The notes below the pieces were generated by a model, which worked only from the letters and a program-made list of their open reading frames with translations, searched no databases and was not told the DNA's origin. A stretch of DNA of 64,000 nucleotides from Eledone cirrhosa (Eukaryota). The stretch is from contig OZ024760.1 in the NCBI GenBank assembly GCA_964016885.1, forward strand, positions 10,292,001 to 10,356,000, written 5' to 3'. This document shows positions 1 to 15,360 of this stretch, piece after piece. A program made the position numbers and the translations under genes. How positions within the stretch are numbered: position 1 is the stretch's first letter; each line of letters opens with the position of its first letter.

Positions 1-1080
1 TGCATTACTGGTACTTTATTTTATCGACCCCGTAAGGATGAAAGGCAAAGTTAACCTCGGCGGGATTTGAACTCAGATCGTAAAGGGACGTAACTATGCT
101 AGAAAGCATGATGTCCAACCCTCTACCTATACTGCCAATTCACAGTTAACCTTGGCAAGATTTGAACTCAGACCATATAATAATAATAATAACAATTCAT
201 CTAACCTACGTGAGTGTAGAAAAATAGATGTTAAATGGTGATGATAATAGTATATATATATATGTATATATACCAACATGACCACTATTAATATGCAAAT
301 TAGTATGTCCATTTTAGGACACTATACCAACATGACCACTATTAATATGCAAATTAGTATGTCCATTTTAGGACACTACTATAACTGATAGGGTGTCGAT
401 GCCCCTTTATTTCATATGTATAGTTGTTTCCTTGTTTCTGATGAAAACTGTGAGACCTATAAAACCGAGACTAATAATATGGAGTTCCATAAACTATCAT
501 CGATTAGTCACTATATTGATTTATCATGATAGATCAACCCTCTGACTATTTAAGCACTAAACTTCACCTTAAAAAGACAATGTTGTCCCTGATCTATGTT
601 GTTTGTTTTACCACACACACATCACACCAGCATTTTAAAATGGTACTCTCAATTAAATTGTGCGAAACCACTTTGCTGGTTTGAGAGCTGATGATGGTGA
701 ATATGTGTGTGTGTAAACTTGTCTTCTTCTACATCACCTTTCTTTATTTATTTCTTCCAGTCATTTCTATGGGCCAAAACACGTCTCCTTGTCTTCCTCC
801 TCTTTCAATCTTTTCTATATTTCGTCTGCCTGTCACTCACCTCGTCTCATTTTTCTGTCTTCGTCTTTTGTTTCCATTGTTCAACATATATATTTGAAAT
901 TCTTTATATGATATACATGCCTTCTAATGAAGGCCCAACTAGGTTTGAAAATCAGCTAAGGTGTTTAGCATTTTACAGAGGAATAAATATATATTTTGCA
1001 TGTTTACATGTCTATACACTAAAACTGTGTAAATCTACATACACAGACTTGCAGCCTCAGTTACTTCATTCTGTATATAT

Positions 1081-1203
<123 letters not shown>

Positions 1204-1204
1204 A

Positions 1205-1710
<506 letters not shown>

Positions 1711-2434
1711 TTGATAAAGAGATAGAGAGCTATAGACAGAAACTCCCCCACCACCCCACACACACACAGGCATATATAACTAATTGTATCAACCATTATA
1801 AGGGCGGTAGTCTGAGTTCAAATCCCGCCGAGGTCAACTTTGCCTTTCATCCTTACGGGGTCGATAAAATAAAGTACCAGTAATGTACTGGGGTAATTGC
1901 TGGCCTTGTGCCAAAAGTAGAAACAATTATAAACTGTAACACATTGGAATTGGTTGAACAAGTTTTTATAAAGAAACATATTATTGATTACCTGAAATGA
2001 TTCCCAACTCACATCATAACTGCTAGTATATATCTATATATATATATTTGTTTCTACTTTAGGCACAAGGCCAGCAATTATCCCAGTGCATTACTGGTAC
2101 TTTATTTTATCGACCCCGTAAGGATGAAAGGCGAAGTTAACCTCGGCGGGATTTGAACTCAGATCGTAAAGGGACGTAACTCTATGCTGCAAAGCATGGC
2201 GTCCGACCCTCTACCGATACTACCAATCCACAATGGAAGGTAGTAAGGGATGGTCCTTCACCAGTTTCTATGATGAGTGCTTCAACTCTTCTATCTGTTA
2301 ACACCTCACCACACAGAAATATTTCAATTGTCCTCTAATGTTCTTCTACACCCTCTCCTTAGAATCTCTGATATAGGACTGACTCATCATCATCATCATT
2401 ATCATCATCATTATCACCATCATTATCACCACCA

Positions 2435-3455
2435 CCTGTCTCTCTGTCTCCATGTCTCCCTGTCTCCCTTATCACACGCCTCCCTGTCTCGGTCTCCCTA
2501 TCTCCCTTATCACATGTCTCCCTGTCTCCCTTATCACTTGTCTCCCTGTCTCCCTTATTCCATGTCTCCCTGTCACTCTGTCTCCATGTCTCCATATCTC
2601 CCTGTCTCCCTTATCACATGTCTCCCTGTCTCCCAGTCACTCTGTCTCCCTGTCTCCCTGTCACTCTGTCTCCCTGTCACTCTGTCTCCCTGTCACTCTG
2701 TCTCCCTGTCACCCTATCTCCCTTATCACATGTCTCCCTGTCGCCCTGTCTCTGTCTCCCTGTATACCGGTCTCCCTTATCACATGTCTCCCTCTCTCCC
2801 CATCTCCCTGTCTCCCTGTCTACCTGTCTCCCTTATCACATGTCTCCCTGTCTCCCTGTCTACCTGTCTCCCTGTCTCCCTGTCTCCCTGTCTACCTGTC
2901 TCCCTTATCACATGTCTCCCTGTCTCCCTATCTCCCTGTCTACCGGTCTCCCTTATCACATGTCTCCCTCTCTCCCCATCTCCCTGTCTACCTGTCTCCC
3001 TTATCACATGTCTCCCTGTCTCCCTATCTCCCTGTCTACCTGTCTCCCTGTCTCCCTGTCTACCTGTCTCCCTTATCACATGTCTCCCTATCTCCCTGTC
3101 TACCGGTCTCCCTTATCACATGTCTCCCTCTCTCCCCATCTCCCTGTCTACCTGTCTCCCTTATCACATGTCTCCCTGTCTACCTGTCTCCCTGTCTACC
3201 TGTCTCCCTTATCACATGTCTCCCTGTCCCCCAGTCTACCTTCTCCCTGTCTACCTGTCTCCCTTATCACATGTCTCCCTATCTCCCTGTCTACCGGTCT
3301 CCCTTATCACATGTCTCCCTCTCTCCCCATCTTCCTGTCTACCTGTCTCCCTTATCACATGTCTCCCTGTCCCCCAGTCTACCTTCTCCCTGTCTACCTG
3401 TCTCCCTTATCACATGTCTCCCTTATCACATGTCTCCCTTATCCCATGTCACCCT
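2435..3455. repeat. Complex pyrimidine-rich minisatellite
   Basis: Permuted ctgtctcc / ttatcacatgt / ctacc modules. Confidence 0.9.
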
Positions 3456-3954
3456 GTCCAGTTATGATTAACTGTCTGTCTGACTAAGCAACAACTTCAT
3501 AGTATATGTCAATCCAATCAATGTGATCACCCTCCTACCACCACCACCACCACCATCACCTCCTACCGCCACCATCTCCCTCCTACCACCACCACCACCA
3601 TCATCACCTCCTACCACCACCATCTCCCTCCTACCACCACCACCACCACCCTCATCACCTACCACCGCCATCACCTCCTACCACCCTCCTACCACCACCA
3701 CCACCACCACCACCACCACCACCACCACCACCACCACCACCTACCACCACCACCATCTCCCCCATATCACCACCACCACCACCACCATCAATACACTTTC
3801 TAATCTGTTACCCACAGTGGTGTTCATGATGACCTCGTGACTTCATGTCAATGACCTCATGCTGATCTCATATATATATATGTATATATATGTGTGTGTG
3901 TGTGTGTATATATATGTTTGTGTGTATGTATATATATATATATGTGTGTGTGTG

Positions 3955-3987
<33 letters not shown>

Positions 3988-3998
3988 GTTTGTGTATG

Positions 3999-4033
<35 letters not shown>

Positions 4034-4052
4034 ATATATATGTGTGTGTATG

Positions 4053-4125
<73 letters not shown>

Positions 4126-4146
4126 ATATATATGTTTGTGTGTATG

Positions 4147-4196
<50 letters not shown>

Positions 4197-4228
4197 TGTG
4201 TGTGTGTGTGTATATGTTTGTGTGTATG

Positions 4229-4263
<35 letters not shown>

Positions 4264-4310
4264 ATATATATGTTTGTGTGTGTGTGTGTATATATATGTT
4301 TGTGTGTATG

Positions 4311-4354
<44 letters not shown>

Positions 4355-4426
4355 TTTGTGTGTATGTATATATATATATATATATATATGTGAGTGTGTG
4401 TGTGTGTGTATATATATGTTTGTGTG

Positions 4427-4504
<78 letters not shown>

Positions 4505-4829
4505 CACTTTTGTGTTCTGTGTGTGTGTGTGTGTGTGTGAGCACCTTTGTGTCCTGTGTGTGTGTTTACATTTGTGTCTGTCAGAATTTATGTCCTGTAA
4601 CTTAGAAGTTCAACAAACAAAATTCCAGGCTTGAAAAAGAGTACTGGGGGTTGATAGGATCAACTAAATCTCTTCAAAGCTGTGCTCCAGCATGGCCACA
4701 GTCATTGGTCATTTGTGACCGAAGGGTCTCTTTACCCTTTATATATTATTTTAATACTTGTTTCACTCAGATGACTATTTGTAACCATCTGTGTGTCTCG
4801 TTGCCTAGCTAGCAAGAAATCAATCTGGC

Positions 4830-5425
4830 TCATGTGCTTGCCTGATTGACAGGTTTCCTGAAGTTAGTATTGTAAAGGGTTAGTTCACTTGCATCACAAA
4901 ATTCAAGAAGTCTCACTCCTTCATTTCTTGAGCCATAACCATAAACACCATGTTCCCCAGTGTATCCATCCTGGAGCTGTCCAACATGACCATTGAAGTC
5001 ACCTGCTAGTATGACTAGGTCTCTGTCCTCTGTCATTATGGTTGTCTGTAGAAGTTGTTTGTAAAAGCAGTCCTTCTCTTCTTTAGCAAGGCCTGCTTGG
5101 GAGCATAGGTAGAGATAATTGTCAGCAGTCTATTGCCTACAACTAATCTAATTTTAATTATTCTATTACTAACTCTAACTACCTCTATTGTCTCGTTAAT
5201 CCATCTCTCAGCCAGTAAAATGCCTACCCCACCTATACCATCATCGTTTCCTACCCAGAAAAGCTTATAGCTAAGCTGTTTGCCTGCAATTAGTCTTGCT
5301 GAGGCATCTCTCCCATCTCACCTGTTGCACGTAGCACACATCCACGTGCCTTCTCTCCAGCATCTCCACTATCTCACCAGATCTACCTCTCAGAGTGCCA
5401 GCATTAAGTGTGGCAACTCTGAGTG
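4830..5425 (-). mobile_element. RTE-like LINE AP-endonuclease fragment
   Basis: LVILAGDFNGHVG...YGYGSRNEGVRLLEFC; upstream ATLNAGTLRGRSGEIVEMLERRHVDV; frameshifted. Confidence 0.85.
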
Positions 5426-5517
5426 AGATGTGTCATCTTTCGTTCGTTTTTCCTTTTTCTCTGCAATGAAAAATATTGAAAATCATTATCATCATCATTA
5501 TTATTGTTGTTGCAATA

Positions 5518-5702
5518 GGGCGGTGGATTGGCAGTATCGGTAGAGGGTCGGACACCATGCTTTCCAGCATAGTTATGTCCCTTTACTATCTGAGTTCAAA
5601 TCCCGCCGTGGTTGACTTTGCCTTTCATCCTTACGGGGTCGATAAAATAAAGTACCAGTAATGCACTGGGTAATTGCTGGCCTTGTGCCTAAAGTAGAAA
5701 TA
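5518..5702 (+). mobile_element. tRNA-derived SINE family A (representative copy)
   Basis: A box TGGCAGTATCGG, B box GAGTTCAAATCC, body ttgcctttcatccttacggggtcgataaaataaagtaccagt. Other copies at about 1-170(-), 1803-1930(+), 2049-2230(-), 6443-6625(-), 15822-16003(-), 18210-18400(-), 20697-20872(-), 22733-22838(+), 24166-24325(+), 25105-25220(+), 33636-33799(-), 36494-36613(+), 45082-45223(+), 60657-60842(-). Confidence 0.85.
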
Positions 5703-5708
5703 ATTATT

Positions 5709-5740
<32 letters not shown>

Positions 5741-6924
5741 GCAATTGCTTGTTGACAGTCGGGGGAGGGGGTTCTCGCACATGGCCGCACTAGTCACCCC
5801 ACTACCATATGCAGCCACAACATGGTTAGTGTTATTACTGTTTACACACTTATCGCTATATTTGTATGTTGTGCTCATACTTTTTTGCCATTAATAATAT
5901 ACTGGTTGGATGCCCTTCCTATCACCAGCACCACTTTACAGCATGGACTGGGAGCTTCTTTTCGTGCCACCAGCACTATATATATATATATCATTTCATC
6001 ATCATTCATTTCATTTTACGTCCGCTTTTTCCTTGCTTGCAAGGGTGGGACGGGAACTGATTCTGGCTTGATTTCTACAGCTGGATGCCCTTCCTAACAC
6101 CAACCTCATTTACAGTGAGTGCTGGGTGCTTTTTTGCCGTGGCACCTCCACGACCACTTTACAGTGTGGGCTGGGTGCTTTTTTGCCGTGGCCCCTCCAC
6201 ATCCACTTTACAGTGTGGGCTGCGTGCTTTTTTGCCGTGACACCTCCACGACCACTTTGCAGTGGAATGATATGGACCCCAGTCCCTATCATCTCATTTC
6301 TACAGCTGAGTAAACTGGAGCAATGTGAAATAAAGTGTCTTGCTCAAGGAAACAACACATCACCCGGTCTGAGAATTGAACTCACAACCTTTCGATTGCA
6401 AGGCCAATGCTCTAACCACTAAGCCATTATATATATATAATATTTGTTTCTACTTTAGGCACAAGGCCAGCAATTACCCAGTACATTACTGGTACTTTAT
6501 TTTATTGACCCCCGTAAGGATGAAAGGCAAAGTTAACCTCGGCGGGATTTGAACTCAGACTGTAAAGGGACGTAACTATGCTGGAAAGCATGGCGTCCAA
6601 CCCTCTACCGATACTGCTAATTCACAGATAATATTAAAAGGGAACAAAGAATCAGTATTCCATCATTTACATATTTAATTACATATTACATATGTTTCAT
6701 TGGCGATCAGCTCAAGGAACAATCGATTAATGTTCAATACTGACTCAACACATAACCCAGCCGTCTCATCCCATTTCTCTTTACAACATTCAACATTGAC
6801 TCTATTCTTCTCACCCAGTCACTTTCATTGTTTTCCAACCTCAAAGCGATGCTCCACACATGCAATGGACCATTCTCTCAAAACAAATAAATAACAAACA
6901 CATTTCATTTATTTATTTTGTGGG

Positions 6925-7340
6925 TCTGGAGGGAGGCACAGTGCTTATGACCATCACAGATCCTCTGTGGCAAGAGATTGATGTCTGGAGGGAGGCACAG
7001 TGCTTATGACCATCATAGATCCTCTGTGGCAAGAGATTGATGTCTGGAGGGAGGCACAGTGCTTATGACCATCATAGATCCTCTGTGGCAAGAAATTGAT
7101 GTCTGGAGGGAGGCACAGTGCTTATGACCATCACAGATCCTCTGTGGCAAGAGATCTGGAGGGTCTGGAGGGAGAGACAGTGCTTATGACCACCACAGAT
7201 CCTCTGCGGCAAGAGATCTGGAGGGTCTAGAGGGGGGGACAGTGCTTATGACCATCACAGATCCACTGCGGCAAGAGAACTGGAGGGTCTGGAGGGAGGG
7301 ACAGTGACCTTGGCCATCACAGAGCCTCTGACCTGAGAGA
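6925..7340. repeat. 59-62-bp minisatellite, ~7 copies
   Basis: tctggagggaggcacagtgcttatgaccatcatagatcctctgtggcaagagattgatg recurs at 6925, 6984 and onward. Confidence 0.9.
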
Positions 7341-7516
7341 TCAATGCTTTTGATGTTCTAAACCAAAATAAATAAATAAATACAGAAAGAAAGAAAGAAA
7401 GAAAGAAAAAAGCAATTTGGCCTTGGGCCTCTTAAGGAATCAATATATGCAAATATATTGATTGGAAAACTGCAGCTGATTACATCATATATATATATAT
7501 ATATACATATATATAT

Positions 7517-7865
7517 ACAATTGTCCCCTGTTTTTCGCAGGGGTTAGGTTTCTAGGGCACCAGTAAAGAGTGAAATACAGTGAATATTGGATGTGGTCCA
7601 TAAATATGCCTATAAAGGTCAAAATATAACATAAAGTATAATAAAAAACGAGGGGCCGTCTTATGCGAAGGGACATCCAATAGGCCAGCAAATATATATT
7701 GTTATTGATAATTTAGTAGTTAAAAAATATAAATGTTGCCACAAAAAAGCCATAGAAAAAATCGCGAATATGCGGAGGTTTCCACGAACAATTATTAATT
7801 AGGTTCTAAGGAAAATTCTGCAAATAACCGGGACCGCGGATGGGGGGGGAGGGCGGTATGCTGTA
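7517..7865. mobile_element. Possible decayed pogo/Tc1-mariner MITE
   Basis: TA-flanked, GC-rich ends (tcccctgtttttcgcagggg ... ccgcggatggggggagggcgg) with an AT-rich core; TIRs are poorly matched. Confidence 0.35.
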
Positions 7866-7871
7866 TGTATA

Positions 7872-8006
<135 letters not shown>

Positions 8007-8009
8007 GCA

Positions 8010-8054
<45 letters not shown>

Positions 8055-8087
8055 GCATATATATGTATGTGTATGATTTTATGCAAT

Positions 8088-8141
<54 letters not shown>

Positions 8142-8170
8142 ATATATATATATACACACAGACACACACA

Positions 8171-8210
<40 letters not shown>

Positions 8211-8246
8211 TATATATATATATGCATATATATATATATATATATA

Positions 8247-8280
<34 letters not shown>

Positions 8281-9302
8281 TATATATATATGCATATATA
8301 TATATATGTGTATAGAGAGAGAGAGAGAGAAGGGAGGGGAGGGAAGGGGGGGAGAAGGAGGAGAGATTTATAGAGATTGCTATGGTGTTTTATAGCTATA
8401 AATAACTGAAAATGTTTGGGAAATTTCTAACAACAGACATAAAAGAAGAGAAACTGGGGATTCTGGGAAGGTTTTATTGTCTTCAGCCCTTAGAATTTGT
8501 TAACAATGACTATAACAGTGATGATGATGATAGAGGTGGTGGTGGTGGTGGTGGTGGTGGTGTGATGGTAGTGGTGGTGGTGGTTGTGGTAATGATAGTG
8601 GTTGGTGGTGGTGGTGATGGTGGTGGTGGTGGTTGTGGTAATGATAGTGGTGGTGGTGGTGGTGGGGGTGGTGATGGTTGTGGTGATGTTAGTGGTGGTG
8701 GTGGTGGTGTGGATGGTGGTGGTGGTTGTGGTAATGATAGTGGTGGTGGTGGTGGTGGTGATGTTAGTGGGTGTGGTGATGGTGATGGTGGTGGTGGTGT
8801 GGATGGTGTTGGTGTGGATGGTGGTGGTGGTTGTGGTAATGATAGTGGTGGTGGTGGTGGTGATGTTAGTGGTGGTGGTGATGGTGACGGTGGTGGTGGT
8901 GGTGGTGTGGATGGTGTTGGTGTGGATGGTGGTGGTGGTTGTGGTAATGATAGTGGTGGTGGTGGTGGTGGTGATGTTAGTGGTGATGATGATAGTGGTG
9001 GTGGTGGTGGTGGTGATGGTGACGATAGTAATGATGATGATGACAATAATTAGGATTCCTTTATCAACCACAAAGGGTTTACAATAGGATACAGGTACAA
9101 TAGGATACAGTGTGGTTTTATGGAAATGTGTGAAAATGGGTAACAACAACAGCAAAGACAAAAGTGGTAATAATAAAATAAAAAAAAATAATAAAATAAA
9201 AATTCCTCAATGGGAAGGGGTGGGGGACTTCTGAAAGCTACTTGTAGAAAAACCCTACAAAAAGTTACGGTCACCCTGATCCCAGTTGTTCACCTCCAAT
9301 TT

Positions 9303-11549
9303 AAAGGGGCATACTCAGAGCAGGACTGGTTACCTTGATCACTAAGGTAGGTACCTTCTCTCAGGTGCCCTCCTCCACTCTAAAGGGGCATACTCTACGC
9401 AGGCCTGGTTACCTTGACTACTAAGGTAGGTACCTTCTCTCAGGTGCCCTCCTCCACTCTAAAGGGGCATACTCAGAGCAGGCCTGGTTACCTTGACTAC
9501 TAAGGTAGGTACCTTCTCTCAGGTGCCCTCCTCCACTCTAAAGGGGCATACTCAGAGCAGGCCTGGTTACCTTGACTACTAAGGTAGGTACCTTCTCTCA
9601 GGTGCCCTCCTCCACTCTAAAGGGGCATACTCAGAGCAGGCCTGGTCACCTTGACTACTAAGATAGGTACCTTTTCTCAGGTGCCCTCCTCCACTCTAAA
9701 GGGGCATACTCAGCGCAGGCCTGGTTACCTTGACTACTAAGGTAGGTACCTTCTCTCAGGTGCCCTCCTCCACTCTAAAGGGGCATACTCAGCGCAGGCC
9801 TGGTTACCTTGACTACTAAGCTAGGTACCTTCTCTCAGGTGCCCTCCTCCACTCTAAAGGGGCATACTCAGAGCAGGCCTGGTTACCTTGACTACTAAGG
9901 TAGGTACCTTCTCTCAGGTGCCCTCCTCCACTCTAAAGGGGCATACTCAGCACAGGCCTGGTTACCTTGACTACTAAGGTAGGTACCTTCTCTCAGGTGC
10001 TTTCCTCCACTCTAAAGGGGCATACTCAGCGCAGGCCTGGTTACCTTGACTACTAAGGTAGGTACCTTCTCTCAGGTGCCCTCCTCCACTCTAAAGGGGC
10101 ATACTCAGAGCAGGCCTGGTTACCTTGACTACTAAGGTAGGTACCTTCTCTCAGGTGCCCTCCTCCACTCTAAAGGGGCATACTCAGCGCAGGCCTGGTT
10201 ACCTTGACTACTAAGCTAGGTACCTTCTCTCAGGTGCCCTCCTCCACTCTAAAGGGGCATACTCAGAGTAGGCCTGGTTACCTTGACTACTAAGGTAGGT
10301 ACCTTCTCTCAGGTGCCCTCCTCCACTCTAAAGGGGCATACTCAGAGCAGGCCTGGTCACCTTGACTACTAAGGTAGGTACCTTCTCTCAGGTACCCTCC
10401 TCCACTCTAAAGGGGCATACTCAGAGCAGGCCTGGTTACCTTGACTACTAAGGTAGGTACCTTCTCTCAGGTACCCTCCTCCACTCTAAAGGGGCATACT
10501 CAGAGCAGGCCTGGTCACCTTGACTACTAAGCTAGGTACCTTCTCTCAGGTGCCCTCCACCACTCTAAAGGGGCATACTCAGAGCAGACCTGGTTACCTT
10601 GACTACTAAGCTAGGTACCTTCTCTCAGGTGCGCTCCTCCACTCTAAAGGGGCATACTCAGCGCAGGCCTGGTTACCTTGACTACTAAGCTAGGTACCTT
10701 CTCTCAGGTGCCCTCCTCCACTCTAAAGGGGCATACTCAGAGCAGGCCTGGTTACCTTGACTACTAAGGTAGGTACCTTCTCTCAGGTGCCCTCCTCCAC
10801 TCTAAAGGGGCATACTCAGCGCAGGCCTGGTTACCTTGACTACTAAGGTAGGTACCTTCTCTCAGGTGCCCTCCTCCACTCTAAAGGGGCATACTCAGAG
10901 CAGGCCTGGTTACCTTGACTACTAAGGTAGGTACCTTCTCTCAGGTGCCCTCCTCCACTCTAAAGGGGCATACTCAGAGCAGACCTGGTCACCTTGACTA
11001 CTAAGCTAGGTACCTTCTCTCAGGTGCCCTCCTCCACTCTAAAGGGGCATACTCAGAGCAGACCTGGTCACCTTGACTACTAAGCTAGGTACCTTCTCTC
11101 AGGTGCCCTCCTCCACTCTAAAGGGGCATACTCAGCGCAGGCCTGGTTACCTTGACTACTAAGCTAGGTACCTTCTCTCAGGTGCCCTCCTCCACTCTAA
11201 AGGGGCATACTCAGCGCAGGCCTGGTTACCTTGACTACTAAGCTAGGTACCTTCTCTCAGGTGCCCTCCTCCACTCTAAAGGGGCATACTCAGAGCAGGC
11301 CTGGTCACCTTGACTACTAAGCTAGGTACCTTCTATCAGGTGCCCTCCTCCACTCTAAAGGGGCATACTCAGAGCAAGCCTGGTTACCTTGACTACTAAG
11401 GTAGGTACCTTCTCTCAGGTGCCCTCCTCCACTCTAAAGGGGCATACTCAGAGCAGACCTGGTTACCTTGACTACTAAGCTAGGTACCTTCTATCAGGTG
11501 CCCTCCTCCACTCTAAAGGGGCATACTCAGAGCAGGCCTGGTCACCTTG
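9303..11549. repeat. 79-bp minisatellite, ~28 copies
   Basis: aaaggggcatactcagagcaggcctggttaccttgactactaaggtaggtaccttctctcaggtgccctcctccactct; period 79 (9382 to 9461). Confidence 0.95.
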
Positions 11550-11792
11550 ATGATAGCTAATAAGCTTGAAACTAGTACATCGTTCCTTTGTCAGTGTTGA
11601 ACAAAAGGGCAACGATGGTTGCTGGACACTGTACGGCTTAATTCGGGATGTTTGTTTACAAACACACTGAGCATTATAATAAATGTTCGGTGAATCCATA
11701 CGTACATATATATATATATGTGTGCATGTATGTGTATATATATACATACTACTGTACGTCTGTATACATATATGTATGTACGTATACATACT

Positions 11793-11910
<118 letters not shown>

Positions 11911-12039
11911 TAGACTATGTTTTAAATAGCCTTGTCTGGTGAACGAATGCGGACATTTCTTGTATTCATCTTATTCGGGAAACCTCTGGTAATGAGGTAA
12001 TGATACTGTATTGTTTATTATACATTAAATACATATATA

Positions 12040-12070
<31 letters not shown>

Positions 12071-12098
12071 CATATATAATACATTAAATACATATATA

Positions 12099-12216
<118 letters not shown>

Positions 12217-13316
12217 ATCAGGATCTCTGATTCTATCCAACAGATCAATTTCTCTAATGCTGGCACTGTACTGGCATAAAAAACAACACATCACCACTAC
12301 CAACAACAGCAACAGCAATAACAACAACACCAACAACAACAGCAATAACAACAACACCACCACCACCACCACCACTAACAACAACAACAGCAATAACAGC
12401 ATCACCAACAACAACAGCAATAACAACACCACCACCACCACCAAAAACAACAACAGCAATAACAACAGCAATAACACCCCCCCCCCCCCCCAAGTACAAC
12501 AACAACAGCAATAACAGCATCACCAACAACAACAGCAATAACAACACCACCACCACCACCACCAAAAACAACAACAACAGCAATAACCCCCCCCCCCAAA
12601 AAAAAAACAACAACAGCAATAACAGCATCACCACCAACAACAGCAATAACAACAACACCACAACCCCCCCCCCCCAAATACAACAACAACAGCAATAACA
12701 GCATCACCACCAACAACAGCAATAACAACAACACCCCCCCCCCCAAATACAACAACAACAGCAATAACAGCATCACCAACAACAACAGCAATAACAACAA
12801 CACCACCACCACCACCAAAAAACAACAACAACAGCAATAACAGCATCACCAACAACAACAGCAATAACAACAACACCACCACCACCACCACCAAATACAA
12901 CAACAACAGCAATAACAGCATCACCAACAACAACAGCAATAACAACAACACCACCACCACCACCACCACCAAAAACAACAACAACAGCAATAACAACAAC
13001 ACCACAACCACCACCACCACCACCACCAAAAACAACAACAACAGCAATAACAGCATCACCAACAACAACAGCAATAACAACAACACCACCACTAGCAACA
13101 ACACAACAGCACTGACACCACCAATAACACCACCAACACCAACAACAATAAAAAATACCACAACCACCACCACCACAACCACCACAACCACCACCACCAC
13201 CACCACAACCACCACAACCACCACCACCACAACCACCAAATTAAAGTTGCACTTTTAAAGAGTGTTTACAGTGAAATCAATAACAATTGATTTTACAGAC
13301 AAATAAAACACACATT

Positions 13317-13383
<67 letters not shown>

Positions 13384-13434
13384 ATGATTTCTTTCTTTAT
13401 TTATTATTTATTTATTTATTTATTATATATAATA

Positions 13435-13800
13435 ATAATAATGAAATTATTGTGTACAGTGCTCAGGTGCACTACAACTCGTCAAAGGTGCATGTATAGT
13501 ACATAGAATACTACACAAATGTCGGGGAAGTGAATAGTGTATGAGTCATGATATACATGTGTGTATGTGTATGGAGGGGGAACATTAGGTGTAGTGTTGT
13601 CTTAGTGCCTTGCCGTGCCCTAGCGCTCCACACCGCTTGCTGTCGCTGCCTTCGTGACTGTTGTCCTCCTCCACTCACTCCACCGGGTCCAGTCTTCGCG
13701 TGCAGGGGCAGGCATCCCCTATCTAACTCACCGGGTGGTTTCAGGCCCATCTGACTACCCTCAACCTGGTTCGGCCCGCCAGCCAAGGAGGTTTACACTC
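13435..13800 (-). mobile_element. Probable non-LTR retroelement 3' end
   Basis: GC-rich body ending in an (ATT)n tail on the minus strand; no diagnostic protein motif recognised. Confidence 0.35.
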
Positions 13801-13879
13801 ACATAGCACATTCAATTATAACCACTCAGCCACATATATAGATTTATAAGGAGATATTCCTATTGACTGTTTAAAGACA

Positions 13880-14725
13880 CAGCACACAGCCTGGTCTGGG
13901 AATTGAACTCGCAGTCTCACAATTGTGATCCCAGCACAACACAGCCTGGTCTGGGAATTGAACTCGCAGTCTCACAATTGTGATCCCAGCACAACACAGC
14001 CTGGTCTTGGAATTGAACTCCCAGTCTCACAACTGTGATCCCAGCACAACACAGCCTGGTCTGGGAATTGAACTCCCAGTCTCACAACTGTGATCCCAGC
14101 ACAACACAGCCTGGTCTGGGAATTGAACTCGCAGTCTCACAACTGTGATCCCAGCACAACACAGCCTGGTCTTGGAATTGAACTCCCAGTTTCACAACTG
14201 TGATCCCAGCACAACACAGCCTGGTCTGGGAATTCAACTCCCAGTCTCACAACTGTGATCCCAGCACAACACAGCCTGGTCTGGGAATTGAACTCGCAGT
14301 CTCACAACTGTGACCCCAGCACAACACAGCCTGGTCTGGGAATTGAACTCGTGATCCCAGCAACACAGCCTGGTCTGGGAACTGAACTCGCAGTCTCACA
14401 ATTGTGATCCCAGCACAACACAGCCTGGTCTTGGAATTGAACTCCCAGTTTCACAACTGTGATCCCAGCACAACACAGCCTGGTCTGGGAATTCAACTCC
14501 CAGTCTCACAACTGTGATCCCAGCACAACACAGCCTGGTCTGGGAATTGAACTCGCAGTCTCACAACTGTGACCCCAGCACAACACAGCCTGGTCTGGGA
14601 ATTGAACTCGTGATCCCAGCAACACAGCCTGGTCTGGGAACTGAACTCTCAGTCTCACAAATGTGATCCCAGCACAACACAGCCTGGTCTGGGAATTGAA
14701 CTCCCAGTCTCACAACCGTGACCCC
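13880..14725. repeat. 55-bp minisatellite derived from a SINE tRNA head, ~15 copies
   Basis: Each unit contains ctggtctgggaattgaactc (B box on the minus strand); the array ends in a SINE-head remnant. Confidence 0.85.
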
Positions 14726-14889
14726 TACAATGTAACCTCTAAGCTACATAGATCAGATATTTCTACTGTTATCTCTGACATTGCTACATATTCCAGGAAT
14801 TAATCCCTTGCACTCCACAGATCAATACCATTACCTACCAATATTGATGATGCCAACAATAACCACTGCTGCCGCTGCTGCTGCTACTG

Positions 14890-14924
<35 letters not shown>

Positions 14925-15360
14925 GTTGCTGCTGCTACTGCTGCTGCTGCTGCTGCTACTACTACTACTGCTACTACTACTGCTACTGCTACTACTACTA
15001 CTACAACTACTACTACTATTGCAGCAGTAACTACAAATACAGCAAGAACTACAGCATCAACACCAACACCACCACCACCACTACCACCACCACCACCAAC
15101 AGCATCAACACCAACAACACCACCAACAACAACAACACCAACAATCCATTGCCTTAAATAATAATGATTTCTACTTTAGGCAGAAGGCCAACAATTTTGG
15201 GCGAGGGGAAAGTCAATTAAATTAACCTCAGTGCATTACTGGTATTTTATTTTAGTAATGTACTGGGATAATTGCTGGCCTTGTGCCAAAAGTAGAAACA
15301 ATTAATGATTATTATTTTATTTTACTTGATGTCTCAGTCATTGATGTTATTCAACTGGAA

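Noticed and set aside
9303-11549. CRISPR array or hammerhead-bearing satellite
   Set aside because: No unique spacers, eukaryotic context, and no CUGANGA/GAAA core on either strand.
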